DNA from: Callorhinchus milii
Lineage: Eukaryota
Reading direction: 5' to 3'
NCBI RefSeq assembly: GCF_018977255.1
Contig: NW_024704742.1
Location: 114,206,001-114,270,000 of the forward strand
DNA length: 64,000 nt
Made by a program: the position numbers and the translations under genes. Shown piece after piece: positions 11,938-25,332 of this stretch. Every line of letters begins with the position of its first letter. Within the stretch, counting starts at the first letter, position 1. Below the pieces are notes generated by a model that was not told where the DNA came from, ran no database searches, and worked only from the letters and a program-made list of their open reading frames with translations.

Positions 11938-12420
11938 GTTATGATTTGCATGGCAGAAATGATCTCTATTGCAGAAAATGTATCCATGGCAATATAAAAG
12001 GTGGATTGTCAAGCATATGGCTTTGAGATCTGTGCAGCATTTGTGTGGATTACTAATGATGAGCTTAATAATTTAACTAACTGTAACATTGCATATATAA
12101 TCAGTGAAAATTGTGTTATAGCCTCCTATTGAGCAAGATTCTTGGGACTAGCTAACATCAGATTGGCTCCCATGTCAGTATGACATGCCAGTCTTCATTA
12201 CATTGAATAGAACCGCTCTGAGTTGCATAAGGTGCAGTATAAATCACCTGAGCTGAGGAGAGTATGAAACTCAAAATAGCAGCTCGTTGTGCACCTAGAA
12301 ATTTGATGTTATTTGCATGAAGTTAACTTGCCTTTATAATAATAATCCTTGCATTTAATATAGCACTCTATCACGTCACCAGAAGTGTCACTTTTGTTGT
12401 AAACAAAACATCAGAATTAA

Positions 12421-12555
12421 AAATGGTAAACAGGCATAAGATCTTGGGGTTCCCAAATCTCTGGGCTTTGCTCAGTTTGTTTATAACTTTATTTATCGGC
12501 AATAAGCGAATGGATTTTGCTCCACATCTACTTAAAACAAAGACTCCAACTTCCA
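12421..12555 (-). pseudogene. ACOT12: ACOT12 remnant, about exon 8
   Basis: Good acceptor tttctttcatctacag, then (V)EVGVFV...IN...PKIL(P)V versus VEVGVRV...IN...PRIQPI. Confidence 0.55.
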
Positions 12556-13028
12556 CTGTAGATGAAAGAAATACTGTTAAAGCCAAATCCACATCTGGAA
12601 TATTCATTCTGAAATTATTAAAAGCAGAATCGAACTGGATTTACATGTTGGATTTACAGCTGTATTCTTCCTCATTCTGTGCAGTCTGTCAATCTGTTCT
12701 GTACACTGAATGATTTAGAAAAAACATATGCATCCTTTTGACCTGCACACATACTCACTCACACAGAGACAGTATAGATGTATGATCTTACACATCTGCT
12801 TTCAAGGAGCTTTCTTATCAACAGTTAGGAGCATAATTTGGATAGCACTGCTTAATGTACACATATTTGGAGCTCACATAAAGACTGTATAAACTTGCTT
12901 TGTGCATCCTCACAATAACACTGTAAATGTGTTATTTTCTTTAATGGCTGAACACCTCCAGGTGGTCCACACTATTAAATCCCTTGGGACTCTTCTGGAT
13001 TCCCTAATGACTTTCAATAATCATAGTA

Positions 13029-13343
13029 GTGGAGTCCTGTAGCTCAGTGGTTAGAGCACTCGCTTTGCAAGCGGGAGACCTGAGTTCAATTCCAGGCAGG
13101 GCGAAACCTTGGGCAAGTTTCCTTACTCCACACACCTAATAATAATCCCTCCAAAACCAAAACAATAATAAATTGGTCATTTTCAATCTACGACTGTTTG
13201 TGGGACATTGCTGTGCGCAATTGGCTGCCGCGTTCGCCCACAAATATACAGTCAATTCACTTTACAGTGTGTTCTGTGAAGCGCTTTGGGACGTCCTCCC
13301 GACGTGAAAAGCGCTATATCAAATGCAAGGATTATTATTATTA
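13029..13343 (+). mobile_element. Full-length young tRNA-Ala SINE
   Basis: Near-consensus copy with (TTA)n tail. Confidence 0.93.
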
Positions 13344-13464
13344 GAAGGCTTCAGGGGAATAACGGGTTTGACTAGCCAGACGCAGCAACATATTAGACGT
13401 TATGTTCACACTCCAATCTTTAATTCTTGTAGTTCCATACTCTCCAATTCTAGTGCAGACATAA

Positions 13465-13762
13465 ACTGTATAAACTGTGAAGTGAATTGACTGTATATTT
13501 TGTGGGTAAATCACGGCAGCCAATTGCACACAGCAGTGTCCCACAGTCATGGATTGAGTAACCAAATTACTTCTTAAAATTTATTTTGAAGGAATTATTA
13601 CCCTTTGAAAAGCGATCTGAAAATCGACTAACAACTGGGTTCCTACTTACTGTTAAGTAAAGAGAGTCGTGTGGAGTAAGGAAACTTGCCCTGCCCAGGA
13701 ATCAAACCCAAGTCCTTTTGCTTGTGAGGCGAGTGCTCTAACCACTAAGCTACAGGATTCCA
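13465..13762 (-). mobile_element. Older, longer subfamily of the tRNA-Ala SINE
   Basis: Same head and tail as the young family plus the internal segment gtaagtaggaacccagttgttagtcgatt. Confidence 0.8.
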
Positions 13763-14156
13763 ATATCAAAACAGTGCATATATCAAGTCATCAAATAAAA
13801 TATAAATTGGCTATGGTACTAACCAAAAGTGTTTGCCATCTATGGTTATATTGGCTTGATAATACCACACTGTCCCAGGCTATCTCTCTTTGCCTTTCTC
13901 TCTTCTTTTTTCTGTTCTTTTTCACTCTTTTTCTCTGACATGTTTTGTTTTTCTCCTTGATTTACTCTGCGATTCTTTCTTTATCTGACTCTCTCTCTCT
14001 CTCTCACTCTTTTTACTGTCTTTCTCACAGTTTCTGTCTGCGACATGCTCCCTCCATGTCTTCAAGACTTATAATATATCTGTAATGAATACCTCAATGA
14101 CACACAATTACTCATTCACACTTTGGTAAAATCGTGAATGTGATAACCTCACTTAC

Positions 14157-14270
14157 ATTGTGAATACCTGGAAATGTTCGTCAACATTGCAGTCTGTCTT
14201 CACTTTGGCACCAGAGCTCCAATACAGATAAATGAAATGGTTGGTGTGTTATTGAGTAGCATTTTGTTGT
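14157..14270 (-). pseudogene. ACOT12: ACOT12 remnant, about exon 7
   Basis: EDRL...VDEHFQ followed by a gtaagt donor, versus GDRLVFTAIVNNTFQ. Weak alone and supported mainly by its position in the series. Confidence 0.35.
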
Positions 14271-15854
14271 AGACTTATTGAATGAATCTTCAGGGATGTT
14301 GCCTTTTTATCCAGATGGACAAGTTAAAGAGTCAAATTGAAATACAGTTATCAGTATTTTTTATGTCAGACCTGGCTTCAGTCTGGATTGAGGAGATGAA
14401 ATTCTCTTTATCTGTTGGTCGGAATCCTAAGTACATTTAACTTGGGAATTTGCAACCTGGTTTGACAAGTCACAAACCAATTGCCACCAAATTGTCAGTC
14501 CTCCTCAGAGATACTGCATGGATAATTGGTATGCAAAATGACTGAAGTTTAGATAAATTTGGATACAATGAAAGACCTTCACCTTGCATCTAACCCGTTC
14601 TGTCCGATGTGATATTAGTGGTTGTTGACATCATGGAACAATATTTCACCAGCATTGATATACCTCAAGATGTATTCCTCCACCACCTCCCACTACCCTC
14701 CCCAAAATCTGCACCTCCAATCAAACTGGTTATTTTATAAAATAAACTGCTCCACAAACCAATAGCAACAGTAGTAATGAGTAATAAATAATGTTATGAT
14801 AAGTGGTAAACATATTATGTTGAAATATTTAAGCAAAATGTCACATAATTAACTGAATAGAAAAAAGAGGCAGTAAAGGGAATATTCTGAATTAACATCA
14901 TGGTCACTGAATAAATAGTTCAGTGCTGGCATCCAGTATTTTAGGTCCTTGTTGTTGAATTAATACCGGTGATGTATGCTGAATAGTATTTAAACTAGTG
15001 CTAATGGGAAAATGGCTTTGGACTTCACACTATGTGTGGCTGCCAGTACACTGCCGTGCGCAATTCATAATAGAGAATTAACCTGCAGGTTCCTGTAATT
15101 TGATCCGTGTGAAGTGACAATTTGCAGGTCAGCCAAGTTTAGCGAGTAACACGTACATAATCATTTGTGGTGGCTGGTACCCATGTCAAGACTGGTATTC
15201 TGTAAAAGGAACACAGTCAGGGATCATTTTCAGATCACTGCAGTTTGTAAATAAGGCATGTCCATAAAAAATACAAAATGATACAGTAAAATTGTAGGTA
15301 TCTGCATTTTAACAGATTTATAAACATTTTTAGAATAGGTGTAACATGAGAAAAATAACTTGGTAAAAGCATACGATAACCAAGAATTTATTGCTATAAT
15401 AGTATTTTCTTCAATAACAATGTCTTTAGGGATCAGACAAAGAATACATTACAGTCAATTTAGTGAGTGTGAAATGGTGTTTCATATGATTTCATTATTA
15501 CGGAGTCAAAACCATTTGATGTTACAACAGTTTTTTTCAGTGAAAACTCAACAGTAACAATAGGGTTTAGGATCTGAATGTATTTTGAACATGTGTTTGA
15601 ATAACAGACCATAATGGGCTTTAAATTATTAACCATGCTGAAATAATAGTTTTTATTGATATACCTAATAAATATTACTACACACAGCAAACCTAAACAT
15701 GGTTCTAAACACTGTTGCTGTGTTTGTTGTTGGTCAGGCTGCTGCATTTTCAAACACAAATATATTTCCGTTTCTGACTGTTAGATTGATTATGACTGAT
15801 GGGTATTTCCTGCACAGATTGTAAATACATTTAGAAAATATTACTGCTGAACAC

Positions 15855-16130
15855 TGTAAGAGGATAGAGCACTCAATGAGTTACTATGACCAGACATAAT
15901 GGATTAAACAGCAAGGTTTTATTGTTTACACAAAGAATCCCAAGACTGGCAGCATCCCCAACAGAGCTTCCCATCTTGGCTTGACTTCCCACTGTTTCCG
16001 AAAACAGTTACCTGCCCCCGCCCATCAACCTCCTAGCTCCAAGTGTACCACTCGCCTCCCAACTGCAGGAGTCCTTGTTACTTCCAATCTGCATTGGGTG
16101 ATTTCCCTGCTATACTCACTGGGGTTACCA
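15855..16130 (-). mobile_element. Probable solo LTR
   Basis: The minus strand runs TG(G)TAA...TTACA, with CCAAT, GGGCGG and AATAAA in LTR-like order. No TSD found. Confidence 0.45.
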
Positions 16131-16554
16131 GTGGAGGACTAACTGTTTTCTTATGTCTCCGGACAGCCGTACGCTATAGCTCGCCTAAGCTATGTTTCTC
16201 ACTCTCTTTCGCATGCTTCTTTGGGCCCCAATTGAGGAATTTCATGTTGGCACAAACCCAAGTCATGTTGCACTGTGGTTATCTTTAGTCAAGTTATTCC
16301 ATGGATTCTGGCTGCTCTCTGGGACATTATCCCAGTTGTCACTCTTCATGTGCAAAGTTAATCAATGAGTGTCAGCAGGCTACCTGATCCGACCCAAGCC
16401 CAATCCTTTCCTCATCCAGCATACACAAATTCACTTTTTAACAGGACTCACTGGATAGTGAGAGTTTGCTGTTGCCCATGAAGTCAGTGCCCTTTGGAGA
16501 GAAAGGGAGAATTTTTTAAAAAAAGAAACAACAACAAGTGCGTAAACTAGGTGT

Positions 16555-17220
16555 CAGGTTTGATCCCAGCTGTCCTGCCTACCCCACATCCGATCCCTGA
16601 CCAGGATCACTTTCCTCCACCTCTGCCACACTGTTCGCCTCTGACCATGCCTCACACTTAATGCAGTTGAAACCCTTATCCACACTTTCATCATCTCCTG
16701 CCTCGTTTTTTCCAATGCCCTCCTCGCCAGTCTCCCCAGCTCCACCATTCATTAAATCCAATTAATCAAAACTCCGCCACCTGTGTCCTCGTCTGTATTA
16801 AACTCCACAGGCTCATCATCCCAGTCCTTGCCAGCTTCCACTAGCTGCCTATTGCAGAATGGATTGATTTCAAGATCCTCACAGTCACAGACAACTGACT
16901 TCATGCCCCGGCACCTCCCTATCTCTCCAACCTGCTTGAAGCCCATTCCCCTACTTCCCCTGCCTACCTACCTCCTTCGCTTGGCTGTCCAGTCTCCTGC
17001 ACATTTCTCATCCTCTCTGCACCACCATTGGTGGCTGTGCTTTCAACCGCCAATCCCTAGACTCTGGAACTCTCCACCTTGTCCCCTCCGTTCTGTCTTC
17101 TGATCATATCTTCCTCTTCAACCTTGCCTAAGGTCTCTTCATCACTCAACATCAAGCTCCACCACTATTAAGTGCTCTGAACTAACCTGTGTGAAGAGTG
17201 CTAAATAAATGCAAGTTACT
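16555..17220 (+). mobile_element. Old L2 fragment
   Basis: AVETLIHTFIISCL...LWNS motifs and an L2 tail (aaataaatgcaagtt). Confidence 0.8.
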
Positions 17221-19515
17221 GTATCCAAATGTATTGACGTTATTAATTTAATATGGATTGACTACATCATTCTACATCCATTAAATAATTTTTACTTAAT
17301 TGCAGTTCAACATTTTAAATGAAACTTCATTTGTTTCTCTTCTTTCTCACCATTGAGATCCTTTTATATAGAGTAGATGAACTCCACATTGATAAAACCA
17401 AAACATTTCCTTCAATATAGTCCAGCATAAATATACGTCAGTACTCTATGTAACAAGTCGCATTACTGAAATTTCAAAGATTGTAAACTGTATGTTCAAT
17501 AACATCATTTAAATTAGAGTTAAGAATCAACTACCATGGTTTTATAATACCTCAAGATATTAAAACAAATTAAACATTTCCAATTTAATTTCCCCTTACC
17601 GCCTTAAAAAAANGATGCAGGGAGCATCTTGTTAATAATCCTAGTGGGTATTCGTTCTGATGTCTAATTTTAAATTATTTCATTGCAAGATTTAAAAGCC
17701 TTTACAATTTGATGAAAATCTGTCATGTTAATGGGTAAGCTGGCCTGTGGCAAGGTGGTGTCAGGATTTCAGCAAAGGGCTCTCCAGCCAATATTGGAGC
17801 ATCTCTGTGGGTGCTCTGATCTCTGAAATCAAAATGATCAGACGAGACCCTCAAAAATAGAGTAATGTTTCATCTTTGAACGCAGCCCTGATTAAAACTA
17901 TCAGAAGCTTTCAGACACAAAAAGCCAAAAATCAATTTAAAACAAGATATCATTTGTATTAAAGTGAATTTACTTTAGTTCCGTGAAAATTGTAATAAAC
18001 AAGGCTTCAACGAAAAAAATCTCTCAATATAAAGTCATTTAAATGGGCTTCTGCTAATTATCTTTAGTCACCAATGTATTTACCAAAAATGGAAAACATA
18101 ACATTAACAATTACAATGAACTAATGATTTAATATAATTATTATTGTTAAATAATGATCTCTATGACAATTACTACAGCTCAGTAATACACAATATCTTG
18201 TAACTTGTAGCAATGTGAAGCTAACTTCAAATTGTTTTAACTAACAGTTGTAGTTTAATATTGGTTATTTTGTGGACCTTACTGCTGTCTAGGGAAAATA
18301 TTAAGCTGAAAAAATAGTGAATACATTTAAACCTTTAAAACAAACACATGAAGAATAAAGGTATGGATTTGTGGAAAGAACAAAAAGCTGGGAATAGAGT
18401 TGATAGCTCCAGGAAATTGATAGCTCAACATGCAGTGCAGAGGTTCCCAAACTTTCTTGGCTCAAAACTACTCAGAGTTAGGTATCAAGGCCTCAAGTTT
18501 CCCCAGGACATTAGGTATCCTGACTGAGGATACCCTACTGAGGTTGCATAGGCTTCCAATGGAGCAGCGAAGCCTCCACCCCCATCACAGCCTCCAAAAA
18601 GGCTGCTCTTAAATACCTTGCATGAGAATCATGGGAACATGCTTTTCTCATCCATTCATTGTGCTTGTGCAGACTTCCATAGTACAACCAGGCTCCTGTA
18701 GCCTTTGCACTTCCTATACATCTCCTGGCTCTGACTTCCCCCACCCCCCCACCCCAAAATGATCTGGTGCCTCCCCCCTCCCCCAGGAGTCCACGGCCCC
18801 CCCATATAGTGAAACATTTCAAACTGAACTTTGACCCATTTCAGTTATTCCTCATAACATTCTCTCAACATATCTATCTCTAATCACAATAATTTTAGTT
18901 TTCTTGTTCCCTTTTGTAGTTCCTTCATCCACCACTTGTGCTGTTATTTTCTTCCACAAGCCGACAATAATGAGCTCACAGTCTTGGCTAACACTATGGT
19001 ACAATGTTGGGAGATCACTGCAATGTCAGAGGTGGCATTCTTCAGATGAGACAAACTACTTACTCAGATGCACATTAAAGAACCCATAAGATGCTCTGAA
19101 AAAAGAAAGTGCTTTCTCCTGGTATCGTGGCCAAGCAGCCTCCAGGTAATTGGTCATTCACTTGAGTTTCTGGGACATTGCTGTGGTAGATTGAGTGTTA
19201 CGTTCATCTACAATATCACAATAATTACTGTACACATAATTACACCTTTTAGATATATAGGCAATGTATCAAATGAAATGGGTGAATTATTTATTCTCCT
19301 GGAGCTCCTATTTTCCAGATATGAATCCCTGTTCTTGAATTTTCTACAGAGCAGAAAAGTTGTCAGAACCCACATGTTTTGAAAACCTTTCACAATCTTA
19401 AATCCCTATGTTTTCAAACTGACAAGTCCACACTTCCATAGTTCAAAGTTAGGTTCTTGTCAGAGCCTCATATTAGCAGCCTGTCTCTTGGGAGATCATG
19501 GTGGCAACTTCCTAC

Positions 19516-21200
19516 CTGTTCCCTGCAAATACTGGCGACCGGTTTGCTTACAGACCCCACCAAATGCACTGTTTGTTTTTAACAGTGCTCTTAAAAACGG
19601 CAAGAGTCACTTCCCTCTTGGATTCAAATAGAGGAAATAGTTTGTCTTCCAATCTCATAGCAGATGCAGCAGCCATTTTTTTCAGTCCTCCCAGCAGACA
19701 TAAGCAGTTCATCCTGTCAGCAGAGGTGGTGTTGACCTGTTGTGACCGCAGATTGATTCTCTCCTTAATACCCCATAATGGATTTCCTTCTAGGATCCCC
19801 GTGTAAACTGTTTTGTTCTTGTGAACTTGTGCAATCCTACACTGCACAGTAGTTCAAACCTGTAGGATATTCTAACATGTAACAAAGGCACACTGTAGCT
19901 TATTGGCTGCCTTTATTTACTATTGGCTCAAAGAAATTAGATTTGGTGGCAAAGATGCTCATGAAATAATGATACCTCAGTCTCCAATTATATGTGATAC
20001 ATTAACTGAGAAATGATCTTACAAGCATTTGAATTGTTTTCTCATGTTACGTGCTAGCTAGTCATTGTTCATTTACCCTAGTTTTTCATCACTTCTTCTT
20101 CATGCTGCCTTCACACACCCACACTGTGTGCTCCTCGTGAACCTCAGTTAAGCACTTCATCAAGCTCACAGTGACTGAACATATAAAACTATGTTCTAGT
20201 AGTCACTTCCCACTGGCTTTCTTTGTTGAATGCCTTCCTCCCCATGGTTGTCAAATAAGCATCATTGCATTCCTTGTTGCTTACATTGCAAGGCATTGTC
20301 AATGCTTATTTATTTATAATGTAACATATTATCCGTGTTGTGTTAAAAACAACTATATTTCTTTATGACTACTTTAAATAGTGGTGAAAATTCAGAAACA
20401 ATAGATAATTTAGTCTGATTACTTTCATGTGCAGTGGGAGTTTTAGTCTTTATGCTCATTAAGATTTTGACTAGCTGCTACTTCATTTAGCTATATTCCA
20501 TCTGGGATACAATGTCTGACAGATTACAATCATTTTGCTGATACAAGCTTGCTCACAGCTATGCTGTAGATGCTCAGTTCAGCTTCTGGCTGCTTTCTCT
20601 ACCAGGCAGCTGAGAGAACACCTCAGGTGTAGACCACCTGAATGTTCAAATGAAATAATAGTGTGATGAAGTTGTTTCCTCAGGGCTCCAATATAGCACA
20701 AAAACTCCCAGAAGCTCAATACTACACATTAATAACATTAGATGTGTGATGAGGTTTTAGGTTTTAATCAGCTACTTGTCTAATGCAGACTGAGCCCAAG
20801 GCTGTTTGTTCATGCAAGCACTCAGAAGCCTATTCAGTAGGATCTTTTAAGGACTCTTTTTTTTAAGATGCCATGCAATTATTCTGCTATACTTTCACAA
20901 TAAGAAGAGGTTGCTACAGGTTAAAGCATTAATACAATATTTTTTAATTGCACCAGTGAAGCTGGTGTGGTTAAACCACACTATCGCATATCATGTTTTA
21001 ATGGGTAAAGAAATTGTTAAAAGATTTGAATGACATTTTATTTTCTCTCTTCAGGTTGCATAACTGGTAGAGCAATAAATATATTTCATAAAGAGCAAAG
21101 ATAAACAAACGGCAGGCAATGCTATGCAAATTCTGCAACTCAGGACAGGAGGCAGCTGCTTCTGCATTATACATGGGCTCTGGACTGGCTGCTGTGTGTA
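19516..21200 (-). pseudogene. ACOT12: ACOT12 remnants of about exons 1-6 (hotdog domains)
   Basis: 21111-21200: QPVQ.AHV*CR.QL...LQNLHSIAC versus QAIQPAHATARGEL...LKWIDTTAC. About 20530-20600: EKAAR..TA versus EKHAG..TA (weak). 20423-20471: VKILMSIKTKTPTA versus VGQVITIKAKVTRA. 20208-20309: ISIDNALQCKQQGMQ*...KPVG versus ISIKVMVQDMLTGIE...KPVG. 20077-20174: LTEVHEEH...RQHEEEVMK versus LTEQDHVEH...RLQHEDTFNNLMK. 19516-19660: SAFGG...VASI..AG|gtagg versus NTFGG...VATISAS. Confidence 0.6.
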
Positions 21201-21339
21201 CAGTCCTGATGAAGGGATCAACACTGCAAGAGATCTAACAGGACCTGCTGGGTCAAGAAAAATCTGCTGTCTGTCCTGAAATTGCCCTTTGGAATCAACC
21301 TATGTCCTTTTATTCTACTGTCCTGGTGCATCCGAAAGT

Positions 21340-22730
21340 ATTATTCTGGGTTTACGTTTTCAGTCACATTTAAAATATTACATAATTCTAGAAGATCTCA
21401 TTCTGAGATGTCTTCTCTCAAGACTGAAGAGGCATAGCTTGTCTAATCGTTGCTCGGAGCTCATTCCTGAAATACTGGTGATCATCTTTGTTGCTCTCCT
21501 CTGTACTGTCTCCAGATAGGAATATAGGAACAGGAGTAGGCCGTTAGCCCTTCGAGCCTGTTCCGCCATTTAATTAGATCATGGCTGATCTGTACTTCAA
21601 CTAATCTTTTCAATTCCGATTTCCCGCTTTCTCCCCATATCCCTTAATACCCTGACCTACCAAAAATCTATCAACCTCACTCTTGAAGGTATGGTTGGAT
21701 CCAGCATCCACGGCCTTTTGGGGGAGAGAATTTCAGATTTCTACCATCCTTTGAGTGAGAAAATGCTTCCTGATTTCACTCTTAAATGGCCTGGTTCTAA
21801 TTTTAAGACGATGCCCTCTTGTTTTGGATTCCCCACCAGAGGAAATAACTTCTCTGTATTCACCCTATCGAATCCCTTTATCATTTTAAATACCTCAATC
21901 AAATCACTCTTCAACCTTCTAAACGCAAGGAAATGCAATCCAAGTTTATGCAGCCTTTCCCCATAACTTAACCCTTTTAGGCCTGGTAACATTCTGGTAA
22001 ACCTGCACTGTACCCCCTCCAGGGACAATACATCTTTCCTGAGGTGTGGTGCCCAAAACTGAACGCAGTACTCCAGATGGGGTCTGACTAACGCTCTATA
22101 CAGCTGAAGCATCATTTCTTCCCCTCTGTATTCCAGGTCTCTTGAAATAAAGACCAACATTCCATTCACCTTTTTCATTACTTTTTGCACCTGGAAACTA
22201 GTTTTTAGTAATTTGTGGATATGGACACCCAAATCTCTTTGCTCCTCCGCAGTTCTAATTTCTCCCCAGTAAGAAAATATTCTGCTTCATCTTTTTTCGG
22301 TCCATAGTGGATGACCTCACACTTCCATCTTGAACTCCATCTGCCACAGCTTTGCCCACTCACTTAATCTGTCTAAGGCGCTTTTTAACTTCCTACTCCC
22401 GTCTACACGACTTACTGAGTCTCCTAACTTAGTGTCGCCTGCAAACATTGAAGTGAAACTTTCTAGTCCTTCATCCAAGTCATTTATACATATGGTGAAT
22501 AGCTGGGATGCCTGTGTTGTCCTGTGGTGTTATTCCCCTCCACCCCCAACCACCATGATGTTGCAATGACCAGAATTGTATACAGTATTATAAGTGTGGT
22601 CTGACCACTGTAAAGCTTGATATGATATCTGCGGATATGAACTCAACTGATTTGGAAATGTAGCCCAGCATTCTGTTTGCCTTGTTTACTACCTTACCCT
22701 GTTTTGACATGGTGAGAGATGTCTTTTCTC
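21340..22730 (-). mobile_element. Nested CR1 LINEs: a younger CR1 (about 21517-22505) inserted into an older CR1
   Basis: Inner copy: LYRALVRPHLEYCVQFWAPHLRKD...LIEVFKMIKGFDRV plus a CR1 3' UTR (ggaacaggagtaggcc...agatcatggctgatct on the plus strand). The outer halves are contiguous in RT: KANRMLGYISKS...RPHL.YCIQFWS (22570-22720) and LETVQRRATKMI (21380-21515). Confidence 0.88.
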
Positions 22731-23359
22731 GACTAACTTTTAACAATATTTGTTTTTTGCTCCCATCTAAAGGTTCAAGTAGGGAAATTAATTAGAATAA
22801 GGTAAACAAAAGTATATTTAAGAGAAAGTAAGAAGTTGGTAGATTAGAAAATATATAATTAAAAGAATAAACTGCAAAAAGAGAAAATTGGCTCAACGTA
22901 TTAAAAAGAATAAAGCAATTTTCCAAATATCAACATGATAGGAAACATTAAAGAACAGTGGGGTCCCTTCAAGATTAGAGAGGCTTCATAGAGGGAGAGA
23001 AACACGGAAACCATTTAGCCCCTCAAGCCTATTCCACTACTTTATAAGATCATGGCTGATCTGTGCCTCAAATCCAATTACCCACCCTTGCCCCATATCC
23101 CTTAATACCCTGACCTAGCAAATATCTAATGTTAAGAAATGATTTCAGAAAATTGATCCTGTGAATTATAGGATTGTGCTTTGACATCTCCAGTTGGATA
23201 GGCATTAATAATAATCCTTGCAATTGATATCATGCTTTTCACATCTTCTAGATGTCTCAAAGTGCTTCACAGAATATGCTGTAAAGTGAATTGACTGTAT
23301 ATTTGTGGGCATTGGAGTCTATTATAAAATAAACTGTTCAAAAACCATTTATTAAGAGT

Positions 23360-24140
23360 AAAGGTGTATAATAATCATAATAATAATCTTTGGATTTGTA
23401 TAAACACCATTCACATAAGGCAGACAAATCAAAACTACACAAGATTTTTATTGTAAACTGTGATGACTGTGTGTTTTGTAGGCAACTGCAGGTGCCAATT
23501 TGTGCCCACCCATGTCCCACAAGCAGCCATGAAGTAAATCACTAATTTTATTTGGGGGATGGTTGGCCAGGACATCAGGAGAAACTCCCTTTGTGTCCCA
23601 TTCCCGTGGAGTCCTGTAGCTCAGTGGTTAGAGCACTCGCTTTGCAAGTGAGAGACCTGAGTTCAATTCCAGGCACAGGGCGAAACCTTGGGCAAGTTTC
23701 CTTACTCCACACACCTAATAATAATCCCTCCAAAAAAAAAACAATAATAAATTGGTCATTTTCAATCTACGACTGTTTGTGGGACATTGCTGTGCGCAAT
23801 TGACTGCTGCGTTCGCCCACAAATATACAATCAATTCACTTTATAGTGTGTTCTGTGAAGCGCTTTGGGACGTCCTCCCGACTTGAAAAGCGCTATATCA
23901 AATGCAAGGATTATTATTATTATTGAATAGCTCAGTGGGATCTTTAATGCCCACCTGAATATACAGGCAAAACCTGGGTTTAACATTTCACCCAAAACAG
24001 GGTACCTCCAAAAATTCAGAACACCCCCAGCACTGCATTTGAATGTCCACTTATGCTGTGAGGTTGAAATCTAGATATGGGGTTTGAACCCACAACCCCT
24101 GGCTGAGAGGACAGAATCCCCCCATATGAGTTGGCTGACA
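23360..24140 (-). mobile_element. Old Deu-SINE split by a young plus-strand SINE
   Basis: Tail half at 23360-23600 and Deu/head half at 23925-24140. Confidence 0.7.
23606..23924 (+). mobile_element. Full-length young tRNA-Ala SINE (nested)
   Basis: Near-consensus copy. Confidence 0.92.
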
Positions 24141-24959
24141 CTTGATAATGACAAGGCAACATGACTAATGTAAAGAGGGCCCTGTTAACAAAGCTATTGG
24201 AGTTATCTGTAGCAGAATTAGAGCATAATGATAACATGATAGAATTGAGAAAGCTTGACTTTTAAGAAGGCATTGGATTAAGTGCTTCATAGAGCTTGAG
24301 CGTAAATTGAACAGTTTAAAATCAGATCTTGCAAATTGCATAATGTATGATCTAACTTATAGAAAACCAGGGCAGCTGGCACACCAGGGAGCCACTGAGA
24401 GGGAGCAAGAGGGAAATCCTTGCTCTTGAGTAACCATTTCTGGTGTTTTTCCAGTGTTTATTGTAAAATCAACAATTTAATTTTTTTGTATCGAGGCCTA
24501 ATAATAAAAAACATGCAAACACAAAATGTTAAAGGTTAGAAGTAAACCCACAAACTACAGGTTCAAAGACCTAACACTTCACAAAACATAAGTGAGTGTT
24601 GTCAAACTGTGGTCACTATATTTTAAGGTATATGTCATGGTATTGTCACCATGCAAAGGAAACAGTATGAAAACAGTGAAAGGATTCAGTGAAAGACAGC
24701 AAAGATGATTCCAGGTCTTAGGGCACTGAGGTGTGAAGAGAAGCCGAAGAAGATAAATCTAATGTCATTGGAAAAAAGATTAAGCAGGAACGTGATCTGT
24801 TTTTAAAAATACAAAGTGAATCACTGAACTAATTGCAGAGGTGCATTTTATAATAATATAAATATTATTATTTCATACACAAAATAAGAATTAGAAGAGA
24901 TTATTTTAATTGGAAAAAAATAAGAAAAAGCAAAATTTGGCTGAAAGATTCACCTTCGC

Positions 24960-25332
24960 CATTGTTTTACTGCATCCATTAATAGCATTCTCACCTCTGG
25001 GTAAACAGGTGTGGGTTCAGGCTCTAAGTCAGGACTTTTATTGTCACAGTGTAGCCTCGAGTGCACTATCCTGATAGTGTTGTATTGTAGGCATTAAACA
25101 TTAAACCAAGGTTCTGTCTGCCTGTTCAGGTGGAACTTAAAGTTCCCATAACACAATCTGAAAGGAGAAGAATTTCTCCTGGCAAACAAAACTCAAGATA
25201 AGTTGGTCATTCAACTCATAGCGGTTTGTAGAACAAATTGGCCACTACGTTTGATACAAAGTCTTTACAGTAATTACCAGTGATGTGTGTTTAGACATAA
25301 TATATCAAAGGCAAGGATTTTTTATTATTATT
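24960..25332 (+). mobile_element. Old Deu-SINE
   Basis: ttaaaccaaggttctgtctgcctgttcaggtggaacttaaagttccca core with a degenerate tail. Confidence 0.6.

Larger units (their letters stand above)
1564..21200 (-). pseudogene. ACOT12: Decayed unitary pseudogene of acyl-CoA thioesterase 12 (double hotdog + START domain)
   Basis: The intact terminal exon is clearly ACOT12-like. About 14 further degenerate exon remnants occur in the expected collinear order on the same strand. The position downstream of SSBP2 in the same orientation matches human synteny. Confidence 0.72.

Noticed and set aside
12248..12294. ag..gt-bounded 47-nt segment as ACOT12 exon 9
   Set aside because: Only RAAI matches, and about 5535-5585 fits exon 9 better.
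13029..13100. tRNA-Ala genes at SINE heads
   Set aside because: The acceptor stem and T stem are imperfect, and each copy runs straight into the SINE body and tail.
17613..17613. Single N base
   Set aside because: Assembly ambiguity after a poly-A run.
17884..17894. agccctgatta as the partner TIR of taatcagggct at 29278
   Set aside because: It lies 11 kb away on the wrong side and in outward-facing orientation, so it cannot close the hAT element.
21741..22232. 163-aa ORF as a host gene
   Set aside because: It is the C-terminal fragment of a CR1 reverse transcriptase.
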